Positions 21,152 through 31,253 of a stretch of 64,000 nt of DNA are shown here, piece by piece. The position numbers and the translations under genes are program-made. The notes under the pieces are model-generated. The model did not search any database, was not told the origin of the DNA, and saw only the letters and a list, made by a program, of their open reading frames with translations. Position 1 is the stretch's first letter. Each line of letters opens with the position of its first letter. This DNA comes from an uncultured Gammaproteobacteria bacterium (GTDB lineage: Bacteria; Patescibacteriota; Microgenomatia; Levybacterales; UBA12049), in the NCBI GenBank assembly GCA_964521295.1, contig CAZFRF010000001.1:577016-641015 (forward strand), in the 5' to 3' direction.

Positions 21152-23269
21152 TTATTCATTGCTTTGATTTAAATTAGCAATAAATTCCTCTGCGTTTGTA
21201 ACTAATACATCTCTTGGCTTACTTCCTTCAGCTCTACCAACCGCACCAACTGCCTCTAATTGATCCAATATTCTAGCTGCTCTTGAATAACCAATCGAAA
21301 GTCTTCTTTGTAAAAGAGATGCTGATGCCTTATCATGCTGACAAATAATTCTGATGGACTCGTCAAAAAGCGCATCTTTGCCATCTCCACCTGTACTTGC
21401 CATACCTTTTTTAGCAGATACCAATGGCTGAGACAAGACTTCTTCTGTATATTGAACTGGAGGATTTTCTTTCTTCAAAAAATCTACCAAGTTTCTTACT
21501 TCTTTTTCAGAAACAAATGCACCCTGAATTCTAGATGCTTTTGCTTGATCTGGAGGAATATATAACATATCTCCTCTTCCAAGTAGTTTTTCAGCCCCTG
21601 GAGTGTCCAAGATAACACGAGAATCAATCATAGATGAAACATTAAAAGCAATTCTAGCTGGAATATTAGCTTTAATAAGACCAGTGATAACATCAACAGA
21701 TGGCCTCTGTGTAGCAACAACTAAATGGATTCCAGTTGCCCTTGCCATTTGAGCAAGCCTTGCAATTGCGTCTTCCACCTCAACTGGAGCATAAGCCATT
21801 AAATCAGCTAACTCATCAATAAAAAGGACAATATAAGGAAGAGTTTGGAACCCAGCAAGTTCATTATATGAATCTATATTTCTAACACCGTGCTCTGCAA
21901 AAGTCTTATATCTTCTATCCATCTCCCCCATTGCCCATTTAAGAGATGCTAAAATCTTATCTACTTCTACTATAACCGGTGTCATTAAATGAGGAATTCC
22001 ATTATAACTTGTTAATTCAACTCTTTTAGGATCGATCATAATAAGCCTGACTTCATCAGGAGTCGCCCTAAATAAAAGTGAGGAAATAAAACTATTCATC
22101 ATAACTGATTTTCCAGAACCAGTCGTACCAGCAATTAAAACATGAGGCATTTTACCAATATCAGCAACCAAAGGATTACCAGAAACATCTAATCCCATTG
22201 AAACTGCTAATTTAGATTTGTTTTTACGCATTGGCTCAGATGAAAGCATAGTTCTTAAAGTTACTACCTCTAATGACTTATTTGGTATTTCAATACCTAC
22301 CAAGTTTCTTCCAGGAATTGGAGCCTCAATCCTAATCTGGCCAGTTGGGGCTTCGGTATTCAAAGCAATATCGTTTGCCAAGTTAGTAATCTTGGAAACC
22401 TTGGTACCAAGTGGAACTTGCAATGCATACTGTGTAACTGCAGGACCAAGATTAACTTCAACAACTTTTGCACCAATTCTAAAGCTTCCCAATGTTTCTT
22501 CAATTTTTGCAGCAATCTTTTTAACATCTCCCCTATCTGCTTTTTGAGATGAATCAGAAGAAAGTAAATCTAATGGAGGAAGCTTCCAAACACCTGCTTT
22601 ACCAGGATTATTAACTACTAATTTGTCAGAAATTAATGTCTCTTCTTTCTTAATTGGGGTATTGGAATTAATCTTAATATCTTTAGGCATATCCTTATCC
22701 ATTCCCTTAATAATCATTTGACTCTCGCCTAATTTATTAATAGGTTTTTTCTGGAAAAAACCTAAGACACTTGATGGAAAAAGCTTTGGTAAAAAATTTA
22801 AAATAGCTCCAAATATTTCAGCCAACTCATCCATAGATGTATCAAATAAAACAATAAGACCGATAAATACTCCGACTAAATAAACTGCAAAAGCACCAAA
22901 ATTTCCTAAAACTTCTGCAATTAGCTGATTTAAGTATTCACCAATTCCACCAGTTTTTCCAATACCTAAAAGAGAAAGGTATAAAATAAAAAACCCAATT
23001 GAAACATTCGGTTGAGAAATAAACATCTTAAGTCTTAAAAAGAAAAAGCCTAAAATAATTAAAAAGATAGGAAGTAAAAATGCAAGAACTCCAAAATAAG
23101 CACGCATATAATCATTGATTACAACAAGTGAGGGGCCAGATTTTGTAAAAGAGAAACCGAGCAATACTCCAGTTAAAACAATACCAAAAGCAAAAATAGA
23201 ATAAACAGTATTTTTCTTAAGCTTAACCTTAAACTTACTTTTGTGATAATGTCTTCTACTCTTTGCCAT
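21152..23269 (-). CDS. ftsK: DNA translocase FtsK/SpoIIIE
   Basis: N-terminal TMs, AGTTGSGKS, IDELADLM, ATQRPS, gamma domain LQRRLSIGYSRAAR. Confidence 0.98.
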   Translation of the reverse strand: MAKSRRHYHKSKFKVKLKKNTVYSIFAFGIVLTGVLLGFSFTKSGPSLVVINDYMRAYFGVLAFLLPIFLIILGFFFLRLKMFISQPNVSIGFFILYLSLLGIGKTGGIGEYLNQLIAEVLGNFGAFAVYLVGVFIGLIVLFDTSMDELAEIFGAILNFLPKLFPSSVLGFFQKKPINKLGESQMIIKGMDKDMPKDIKINSNTPIKKEETLISDKLVVNNPGKAGVWKLPPLDLLSSDSSQKADRGDVKKIAAKIEETLGSFRIGAKVVEVNLGPAVTQYALQVPLGTKVSKITNLANDIALNTEAPTGQIRIEAPIPGRNLVGIEIPNKSLEVVTLRTMLSSEPMRKNKSKLAVSMGLDVSGNPLVADIGKMPHVLIAGTTGSGKSVMMNSFISSLLFRATPDEVRLIMIDPKRVELTSYNGIPHLMTPVIVEVDKILASLKWAMGEMDRRYKTFAEHGVRNIDSYNELAGFQTLPYIVLFIDELADLMAYAPVEVEDAIARLAQMARATGIHLVVATQRPSVDVITGLIKANIPARIAFNVSSMIDSRVILDTPGAEKLLGRGDMLYIPPDQAKASRIQGAFVSEKEVRNLVDFLKKENPPVQYTEEVLSQPLVSAKKGMASTGGDGKDALFDESIRIICQHDKASASLLQRRLSIGYSRAARILDQLEAVGAVGRAEGSKPRDVLVTNAEEFIANLNQSNE

Positions 23270-23311
23270 ACAAACTATTATAGATATTTTAGAGGCTAAC
23301 TACAAGTCAAA

Positions 23312-24967
23312 TCAAACCTCAATAACGATAGGCAAAACCAAGGGGTGCTTACGCAGGTTTTTATAAATATATTTTTCAGAAATTTGTCCAATTGTTTTTC
23401 TAAAATGAATCCAATTTGTAATTGGTTGTCCTTTACCGCTTAGAGATCTAGTTAGCTCTTTTACCAAAGACACGCTAAGATCACTTGCTTCAGCAGGTGT
23501 TAGACCTCTGACGACAATATTGGGTTTTTCTGCCAATCTTCCACTTTGACCATCTACTTCTGCTATAACGACAACTATCCCTTCTTTTGCAATTTTTTGC
23601 CTATCCATTAAAACAAAGCTTTCAACTTCTTCTCCGGAAATTTGATCAACATAAACATTCTTAAGCTGTAATTTTTTACCAAAAAAACTTCGTTCTTTAG
23701 TAAAAACAACTTCCTGTCCGTTATCAGCCAGTAAAATATTTTCATCCTTAAAACCTTGTCTTCTTGCAAGCGATCTATACGCAACCATATGCCTATAATT
23801 TCCACCAATTGGCATAACATTTTTGGGCTTAGTTAAACTCATCATAAGCATTAAATCCTCTGAGTAACCGTGTCCTGAAACGTGAAAATCTGAAGAGATA
23901 GATGAATATATAACTCTAGCACCTTTTTTAGAAATTAAATCCAAAAGTGAATTAATTGAAATTTCATTTCCTGGAATTGGATCTGAGGAAAAAATTATTG
24001 TATCCTGTGGACTTAATTTTATTTCTCTAAACTCTCCAGTAACAATTCTTGTTAAAGCAGAGTTTTCTTGACCCTGACTTCCTGCAACGACTAATACCAA
24101 ATCTCTATCCTTAATGTGTCTTAAATTATCTATTGAAACTTCCATGCCTTTAGGAACGCTTAAATATCCCATTCTTTGAGCAATATCTTTTACCTTAATA
24201 ACAGATCTTCCAATAAAACAGATCTTTTTATTAAACTTTTGCGCGCAACGAATTACCTGATTAAGTCTTGAGATATTGGATGAATAAGTTGTGACAATAA
24301 ATTTACCTTGAGTATTTTCCATCTCTTCCTCAAAAGCTTTGGTAATTTTTTGTTCAGTTGGAGTTTTACCAGGTTTTTCTGAACCCAAACTATCAGACAA
24401 AAGACATAAAATTCCTTGATTAGCAAATTGAGCAATTTTATGAAATTCAGTTTTTTTATTATCATATGGAGTTAAATCAAACTTAAAATCAGAACCATGA
24501 TAAAAATTTCCAACAGGAGTTTTAATAAATATATTAGATGTATCTGGTACACTGTGGGTAATTCTAACAAAAGAGATTGTAAAACTTCCTAATTTCAGCT
24601 CTCCCCCATCAAACTCAACTTTTTGAACTCTCCTATTAACACCATATTCTTTTAGCTTTTCATTTGAAAATTCAGCAGTTAAGGGGGTTGCGTAAACAGG
24701 AAAATCTGGAAGCTCAGGTAAGACATATGGCAAAGCTCCTAAATGATCCTCATGCCCATGAGTAATCGCCATGCCAACTATTTTTTTATTTGTGGTTTTT
24801 AAATATGAAATATCGGGAAGCGTTAAGTCTACGCCCACCATTGCTTCATTTGCAAAACCTAAACCACAGTCAATAAGGAGTATTTCATTTTTATACTCGT
24901 AAACATACATATTTCGGGTTACATCCGAAACTCCTCCTAGGGGGATTATTGAAACTTTTTCATCCAT
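23312..24967 (-). CDS. rnj: ribonuclease J
   Basis: THGHEDHLG, THSVPD, SDFKFD, HVSGHG. Confidence 0.96.
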   Translation of the reverse strand: MDEKVSIIPLGGVSDVTRNMYVYEYKNEILLIDCGLGFANEAMVGVDLTLPDISYLKTTNKKIVGMAITHGHEDHLGALPYVLPELPDFPVYATPLTAEFSNEKLKEYGVNRRVQKVEFDGGELKLGSFTISFVRITHSVPDTSNIFIKTPVGNFYHGSDFKFDLTPYDNKKTEFHKIAQFANQGILCLLSDSLGSEKPGKTPTEQKITKAFEEEMENTQGKFIVTTYSSNISRLNQVIRCAQKFNKKICFIGRSVIKVKDIAQRMGYLSVPKGMEVSIDNLRHIKDRDLVLVVAGSQGQENSALTRIVTGEFREIKLSPQDTIIFSSDPIPGNEISINSLLDLISKKGARVIYSSISSDFHVSGHGYSEDLMLMMSLTKPKNVMPIGGNYRHMVAYRSLARRQGFKDENILLADNGQEVVFTKERSFFGKKLQLKNVYVDQISGEEVESFVLMDRQKIAKEGIVVVIAEVDGQSGRLAEKPNIVVRGLTPAEASDLSVSLVKELTRSLSGKGQPITNWIHFRKTIGQISEKYIYKNLRKHPLVLPIVIEV

Positions 24968-24968
24968 A

Positions 24969-26027
24969 TTAAATACCTATAAACTGCTTAACATTTGTTG
25001 CATCAATTTTTACCTGAGCATTATTTGCTACTTTTCCTTGAACAATTAATAGAGCTACCTTTCTAACAATACCTTGCAGTGTGTGCTCTAAACTTCTTAT
25101 ACCACTATCATAGCCCAATGGCCTAATGATTTGTGGCCATAAAGCTTCATCGATTATAACCTGATTATCGACTAATCCATTTTGTTTAATAATTTTTGCC
25201 AGTAAATAATCTTTTCCTATTATAACTTTTTCAGAATCAGTATACGATGGCATTTGTAAAACTTCCATTCTGTCTAGTACTGCTGTTGAAATATTAGTTG
25301 TATTATTTGCTGTGGCAACGAATAAAACATTAGATAAATCAAAAGGATAATCAATATAATGATCAGTAAACGTTTTATTCTGCTCACTATCCAAAAGCTC
25401 AACTAAAACTCCCATGATATCCGCTCTTGCATCATTAGATACTCTATCTAACTCATCAAGTAAAATTACCGGGTTTTTGCTTTGCGCATGAACAAGTTTT
25501 TTAATAATCAGTCCTGGTTCAGCATCTGCAAAACTTCTTGACTGTCCTCTTAAAGCCAAGGAGTCTCCCATTCCTCCTAAGGGAATCCTTTCAAATTTTC
25601 TACCTAAAGACTCTGCGATTGATGATGCTAGAGTGGTTTTTCCAGTTCCTACTAATCCCACTAAAAAAAGTATTGGGGCTCTAACTACCTCACTTTTTTG
25701 TTTACTTAAAATAATTGCAGATAAATATTCTAAAATTGAATTTTTAACTGTATCTAAACCATGATGGTTTTTATCTAAAATTTGCTTTGCCATATTAATA
25801 TCTAATGTATCTTTTGTTTCTAAATTAAAAGGAAGAGTTGATATCCACTTTATATAATTTGCTATGTTTTCAAAATTAACAAAATTTCCATTTCCGCTTT
25901 TTAAAGAAGAATCTAAGATGGCTAACATCGAAGTTATTTTTTCTAATAAATCAGAAGGCAAATTTGCAGCCTGTACTTTTTCTTGCAATTTTTGCAATTG
26001 AGCATTAACACTCGCTGAAGAGTCCAT
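24969..26027 (-). CDS. Lon-type AAA+ ATPase module lacking N-terminal and protease domains
   Basis: LDKNHHGL, GLVGTGKT, LLDELD, FTDHYIDYPFDLSNVLFVATAN, LDRME; ends after the AAA lid. Confidence 0.9.
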   Translation of the reverse strand: MDSSASVNAQLQKLQEKVQAANLPSDLLEKITSMLAILDSSLKSGNGNFVNFENIANYIKWISTLPFNLETKDTLDINMAKQILDKNHHGLDTVKNSILEYLSAIILSKQKSEVVRAPILFLVGLVGTGKTTLASSIAESLGRKFERIPLGGMGDSLALRGQSRSFADAEPGLIIKKLVHAQSKNPVILLDELDRVSNDARADIMGVLVELLDSEQNKTFTDHYIDYPFDLSNVLFVATANNTTNISTAVLDRMEVLQMPSYTDSEKVIIGKDYLLAKIIKQNGLVDNQVIIDEALWPQIIRPLGYDSGIRSLEHTLQGIVRKVALLIVQGKVANNAQVKIDATNVKQFIGI

Positions 26028-26072
26028 ATATTAATAATAGCAGATACTTAAAATCGAAGTATGAAAATCTAT

Positions 26073-28412
26073 TTAGTAAGTAGGTTTTTTACCGAATCTA
26101 GGTTTATTTCCCCATTCTCCTCTTCTTTCTCTTCTAAATTGTTGAGAAAGTGGATGATCAGAACCTGATCTATTATCATTATCTCTTCTATTAAAATCTC
26201 TTTGACCACTTCTTGGCGTATAACCCCTTGATCCACCGCTATATGGTCTTTTTTCAAATGATCTTTCTTGCCTTGGTCTCTCTACTCTTTCTTTTTCTTT
26301 TGCTTCTGCATCTTCACCGAAAAGCATTGAAAGATTTACTCTACCTTGATCATCAATCTCAACAACTCTTACCTTAACTTTTTGACCAATCTCTACAACT
26401 TCTGAAGGATTATTTACATATTCAGTAGACATTTTTGAGACATGAACCATACCTTCTTTTCCAGGTAAGAATTCAACAAATGCTCCAAAAGGTAAAATTC
26501 TTTTTACTTCTCCATCAAATATTTCTCCAACTTCTACCTGTCTTACTAAACTCTTTACCCAATCCAAAGCTTTAGTAACTGCATCTTGATCAACTCCAGA
26601 TACTGTTACGCTTCCATCATCTTCAACGTCTACTTGAGCACCAGTTTGAGCAATAATATTTTTAATTACTTTTCCACCAGGACCAATAAGTTCTCCAATT
26701 TTTTCAACTGGAATTTTAACCATTTCAATCTTTGGTGCATAAATTGATAATGCTGATTTTGGTGCAGAGATTGTTGCAAGCATTTTTTCCAAAATAGTAA
26801 GTCTAGCTTTTTTAGCAGCTACAAAAATATCTTTAATCTGAGCAACTGTAAGACCAGGGATCTTTACATCCAATTGGATTGCAGTTACTCCTGAATCCGT
26901 ACCTGCAACTTTAAAATCCATATCTCCTGAGAAATCTTCTAAACCAATAATATCTGTTAATAATTGATATTTATTTTCATCTGACATCATTCCAATTGAA
27001 ATTCCAGCTACGGGTTTTTTAATTGGTACACCAGCATCCATTAATGCTAGGGTTGATCCACAAGTAGATGCCATTGAACTTGATCCATTTTGCGATAAAA
27101 CCTCAGATACAACTCTAATTGTATAAGGGAAATCTGCTTGAGAAGGAATAACAGCTTCTAATGCTCTTTCTGCCAATGCTCCATGTCCAATTTCACGTCT
27201 TGATGGAGTTCCAACTCTACCTGTTTGTCCAAATGAGTATGGAAGTCCACTATAGTGATGAATATATTTTTTAGACTCTTCGCCTTCTGCTGACTCTATT
27301 AACTGTTCCATTCTTGGAGATCCTAGCGTTACAACTGATAAGGCTTGTGTAATTCCTCTTTGAAAAAGTGCGCTTCCATGAGTTCTAGGTAAAATTCCTA
27401 CTTCTGCAAAAATATTCCTGATTTCATCAAAAGCTCTTCCATCTGCTCTTTTACCCTTTTCTAAAACATTAGATCTAATTGTCTTAAACATTACATATTC
27501 AACAGCTTTTGCAACAATTTTCTTATCCAAAGTCGATTCCTCATCTTTTACTTTTGCATCTGTTAATATTTTTTCAATTAACAAACCCATTTCATCTCCA
27601 CCGCTTTCTTTACTTACTCTGGATTCAATTAAAGCTTGAATGTCTTCTATATAAGATTTTTTAACTAAAGCAATGGCATCATTAAGATCAGCCTCTTCTG
27701 CAACTTCTAGTTTTTTCTGTCCAACTTTTTTAACTAATTCTTCAATTCCTGCAATTACTTTTTTGGTTTCAATATGAGCTTTTTCAATTGCATCAACTAA
27801 AAGATCTTCAGAAATTTGACTTGCTCCTGCCTCAATCATGACTGTTTTATCATTTGACTGAGAAACAACTAAATCTAATTCTGAATATTCCTGTGCTAAT
27901 CCTGGGTTAATGATACATGCTGCTCCGCCTTCGCCCTCTTCTTTAACGCAACCAACTCTTACTGCTCCTATTGGTCCATTCCATGGAATTCTAGAAATAG
28001 CCAAAGCTGCTGAAACGGCATTTAAAGCAACTATATCTGCTTCATTTTCTCCATCAACAGATAATACGGTTGCAATAACTTGTACTTCATTTTTGAAAGC
28101 TTTGGGGAATAATGGTCTTATAGATCTATCGATAAGTCTTCCCGCTAAAATTGCCTCGTCACTTGGTCTTCCTTCTCTTTTAACCCATCTACTACCTTTA
28201 ATTTTTCCGCCAGCATAAAGTCTCTCAACATAATCAACTGATAATGGGAAATAATCTAAGCTTGTTGGTCCGCCTTCAACAACAGTAACTAAAACTACTG
28301 TATCTCCAAGACGAGCCAATACTGAAGATGTTGCTTGTACAGCAAGCTCTCCTGTAGTTAGCGTTAATGTTTTACCTGCTAAATCTAATTCTACCGAGGT
28401 TTTTTTATTCAT
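26073..28412 (-). CDS. pnp: polyribonucleotide nucleotidyltransferase
   Basis: RREIGHG, NGSSSMAS, GDMDFKVAG, KH and S1 domains; Arg-rich tail. Confidence 0.98.
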   Translation of the reverse strand: MNKKTSVELDLAGKTLTLTTGELAVQATSSVLARLGDTVVLVTVVEGGPTSLDYFPLSVDYVERLYAGGKIKGSRWVKREGRPSDEAILAGRLIDRSIRPLFPKAFKNEVQVIATVLSVDGENEADIVALNAVSAALAISRIPWNGPIGAVRVGCVKEEGEGGAACIINPGLAQEYSELDLVVSQSNDKTVMIEAGASQISEDLLVDAIEKAHIETKKVIAGIEELVKKVGQKKLEVAEEADLNDAIALVKKSYIEDIQALIESRVSKESGGDEMGLLIEKILTDAKVKDEESTLDKKIVAKAVEYVMFKTIRSNVLEKGKRADGRAFDEIRNIFAEVGILPRTHGSALFQRGITQALSVVTLGSPRMEQLIESAEGEESKKYIHHYSGLPYSFGQTGRVGTPSRREIGHGALAERALEAVIPSQADFPYTIRVVSEVLSQNGSSSMASTCGSTLALMDAGVPIKKPVAGISIGMMSDENKYQLLTDIIGLEDFSGDMDFKVAGTDSGVTAIQLDVKIPGLTVAQIKDIFVAAKKARLTILEKMLATISAPKSALSIYAPKIEMVKIPVEKIGELIGPGGKVIKNIIAQTGAQVDVEDDGSVTVSGVDQDAVTKALDWVKSLVRQVEVGEIFDGEVKRILPFGAFVEFLPGKEGMVHVSKMSTEYVNNPSEVVEIGQKVKVRVVEIDDQGRVNLSMLFGEDAEAKEKERVERPRQERSFEKRPYSGGSRGYTPRSGQRDFNRRDNDNRSGSDHPLSQQFRRERRGEWGNKPRFGKKPTY

Positions 28413-28427
28413 TTAATATATAAATCC

Positions 28428-28697
28428 TTAATCTTTTAATCCTACTCTTTTTACGATTTCAGAGGATCTCTTTTTATCCACTTTTTCTAAAAAGTTTATA
28501 AGCCTTCTTCTTTTTGCAATCATGGACAAAAGTCCACGTCTTGAATGATTATCATGCATATGACCTTTCAAATGCTCTGTTAATCTTTCGATTCTATGTG
28601 TTAAAAGCGCAACCTGAACTTCGGGACTTCCGGTATCGCCCTTAACTGTTTGAAACTCTTTAATTATATCTTGTTTTACTGAAGTACTGAGTGGCAT
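28428..28697 (-). CDS. rpsO: 30S ribosomal protein S15
   Basis: DTGSPEVQVALLT, DNHSRRGL. Confidence 0.98.
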   Translation of the reverse strand: MPLSTSVKQDIIKEFQTVKGDTGSPEVQVALLTHRIERLTEHLKGHMHDNHSRRGLLSMIAKRRRLINFLEKVDKKRSSEIVKRVGLKD

Positions 28698-28767
28698 AAA
28701 TAAATTCTCAATCCTTAATCCTATATATTATATCAGGTTCTTTCTTAATTTACAATGATCTTAAATT

Positions 28768-29721
28768 TTAGAAATTTGTTGATCCTTTGTAGATTTTTGG
28801 CTCTAACCAATCTTCTGGAGGATTAACTGGCTGAATTGGTTGAGGTGCGCCTTCTTTCCTCTCAACAGTATCAATTGGCTTTTCCTCAGCCAAAGGTTTC
28901 TCTGCCTGGCTTCTTACTAATTCTTCCTGTTGTTTAATAAAATTATCAACTGGTCTTTGCACTTGAGCTCTTGGAGCGGGAGCAAATGATGAATTTGGCC
29001 TAACCGCACCAGTTCTCATTAAAATTCCTGCCATTTCAAAAGCTAAAGAACTAGCTAATTCTGATTGAAAATTATCAGTTGCACTTGCAATACCATTCAT
29101 TAAATTTTGGGCTACATCAACATCTAATTTTAAATTAAGACCTAAGATTAAATTGGCCATTGCCTCTGAAATTGATGAAAATCTTGGAGAAACCATTAAG
29201 ATATCTCCAAAACCTTGATTGTCTGCTTTGTTATCAATATTAATAACAACTGTGTCTTTAAGCTGAGCTGGATTATATAAATTTCCTAAATCAGAAATTC
29301 TTGCAGCTCCAACAACAAATAAGAGTTCAGGGCCTGCTCCGCCTCGTGTAAACTTAACATCTTGCTCTTGGAAATTTAAACCTAATTCTCCAGCTTTTAC
29401 AACAATGTTTAAGAAATTATCATCTCTTGTATAAGAAACTTTTTCAATTTCTCCTTCTTTATATGGAAAAGAAACAATTAAATCTCCACCTTCACCGCCA
29501 AGGCTTGTAGTAACTTTATCAATTCCCACTAAACTTGAGACTTCAACTAGAGGTGCATTTGGAGTAGCAATTGTGAGATTTTTGCCCAAATTAGCCATAG
29601 AAAGATATAATCCTAAAGCTGCGCCCATCTCATCAATTGATGGATTTACAGGTACAACAATAGCAATATTTTTATATTTGCCTAAGGCTTCTTGAATTTT
29701 GGAAAATGTTAAATTATCCAT
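28768..29721 (-). CDS. DHH/NrnA-like protein with degenerate active site
   Basis: DHH-like motif order (PSIDEMGAALGL; VINIDNK; GIASATDNF) but no DHH triad; located after infB. Confidence 0.75.
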   Translation of the reverse strand: MDNLTFSKIQEALGKYKNIAIVVPVNPSIDEMGAALGLYLSMANLGKNLTIATPNAPLVEVSSLVGIDKVTTSLGGEGGDLIVSFPYKEGEIEKVSYTRDDNFLNIVVKAGELGLNFQEQDVKFTRGGAGPELLFVVGAARISDLGNLYNPAQLKDTVVINIDNKADNQGFGDILMVSPRFSSISEAMANLILGLNLKLDVDVAQNLMNGIASATDNFQSELASSLAFEMAGILMRTGAVRPNSSFAPAPRAQVQRPVDNFIKQQEELVRSQAEKPLAEEKPIDTVERKEGAPQPIQPVNPPEDWLEPKIYKGSTNF

Positions 29722-29726
29722 ACTTA

Positions 29727-31202
29727 TTAGCTATGGGATATTAACATATCTCCTATAGTAAAGTCAAGGAAAGGAGACAAAACTATACCGCATTCTCCCC
29801 CTTCTTCGACCTTAGAAGTTTGATCTTTACCTTGTCTTACTGAAACAACATGACTCTCGCCAATTGCATCTTCTCCTCTCATTAGCCTTACTTTATCTCC
29901 CTTGGCTACTCTTCCCTCCATTACTCTTATTCCACAAACAAATGTCTTATCGAATGGAAACTTAGCTAAGATTTTAGAAACACCGAAAATTTCCTCCCTA
30001 AGTGCATCAAGTTTTCCTTGAACAAATTCAGAAATTTCATCGATCATTTCATAAATTATAGTGTAATTCTTTAAAAGTACCTTTTCAGTTTTTGCTAACT
30101 TAACTATTTCTGGCTTTAATTTAACATTAAACCCTAAAACAATTGCACCTATTGATTTAGCAAATAAAATATCAGAAACCTCAACGTCACCCGTTCTTTT
30201 TAAGACAAATTTTACTTTTTCTGGAATCGAATTTGTAATTGCCTCAAGTGATCCCTCTGAATCTGCGCATAGTACAACTGCAAGAACATTTTCATCAATA
30301 TTGTCGAAAGGATTTACTGGATTTTTTGAAACTTCTTCTTTGTACTCCAATTTTTGCTCTTCGCCTTTGGTGTGAGTGATTACACTACCAACTGTTGGTA
30401 CTGATTCAAAACCTAACACTTCCACTCCTTGCCCGACACTTGCTTGCATAACTGGTTTACCTAAGTAATCTAACATACTTCTAACTTTGCCTTTTGCACC
30501 TGAATCGGCAAAAATCTCATCTTTTACATTTAAGATTCCATTTTTAACAATCAAAGTCGCTCTTGGGCCTGAATTTTTATCTAATTTTGATTCAATAACA
30601 ATTCCCATAAATTTACCATTTGCGGTAAAAGGATAAAAATTTGCTTCTTTCTTCATTTCATAAACTAAAAGTATTAAATCTAAAAGCTCTTTAATGTTAG
30701 TATTAGCCTTAGCGGACACTTCGATAAATGGAACATCTCCACCGTAATTTTCAAGCATTACTTCCTCTCTTAATAGCTGCTGAATAGCTTTATCAACTAG
30801 CTTCTGTGGATCATCTGATTTAGTAAATACAACAATAAAAGGAATCTTAGAATTTTTTAATAGGGCAATACTTTCTTTTGTTTGCGGCATTACCCCATCA
30901 ACACTTGATACAACTAAAAGCGCAACATCTGCAGCTTGAACGCCTCTACCACGCATTTGAAAAAAAGCTTCATGACCAGGGGTATCGATAAAAGTAATGT
31001 TTTCTTTTTTGCCGTTATATTCAACTTCTACAGAAGAAGCACCAATTTTTTGCGTAATTCCACCGTGTTCTCTTGCAGCAACCGTAGTATTTCTAATAGC
31101 ATCTAAAAGGGAAGTCTTACCATGGTCAACATGACCCAAAACCGCAACTACTGGCGGATAGAAAGTCTTGTCACTGTTAATGTCATTTGATTTAGTGTCC
31201 AT
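29727..31202 (-). CDS. infB: translation initiation factor IF-2 (short, no N-terminal domain)
   Basis: GHVDHGKT, GGITQ, DTPGHEAF, DGVMPQT. Confidence 0.96.
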   Translation of the reverse strand: MDTKSNDINSDKTFYPPVVAVLGHVDHGKTSLLDAIRNTTVAAREHGGITQKIGASSVEVEYNGKKENITFIDTPGHEAFFQMRGRGVQAADVALLVVSSVDGVMPQTKESIALLKNSKIPFIVVFTKSDDPQKLVDKAIQQLLREEVMLENYGGDVPFIEVSAKANTNIKELLDLILLVYEMKKEANFYPFTANGKFMGIVIESKLDKNSGPRATLIVKNGILNVKDEIFADSGAKGKVRSMLDYLGKPVMQASVGQGVEVLGFESVPTVGSVITHTKGEEQKLEYKEEVSKNPVNPFDNIDENVLAVVLCADSEGSLEAITNSIPEKVKFVLKRTGDVEVSDILFAKSIGAIVLGFNVKLKPEIVKLAKTEKVLLKNYTIIYEMIDEISEFVQGKLDALREEIFGVSKILAKFPFDKTFVCGIRVMEGRVAKGDKVRLMRGEDAIGESHVVSVRQGKDQTSKVEEGGECGIVLSPFLDFTIGDMLISHS

Positions 31203-31253
31203 ATTAATTTTCCCATTTTCGACAAGTTAGTATGTAAAAAATAATTTTTCATA

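Noticed and set aside
28698-28740. S15 autoregulatory RNA leader upstream of rpsO
   Set aside because: The predicted leader is only about 23 nt with AGGATT repeats and no convincing structure.
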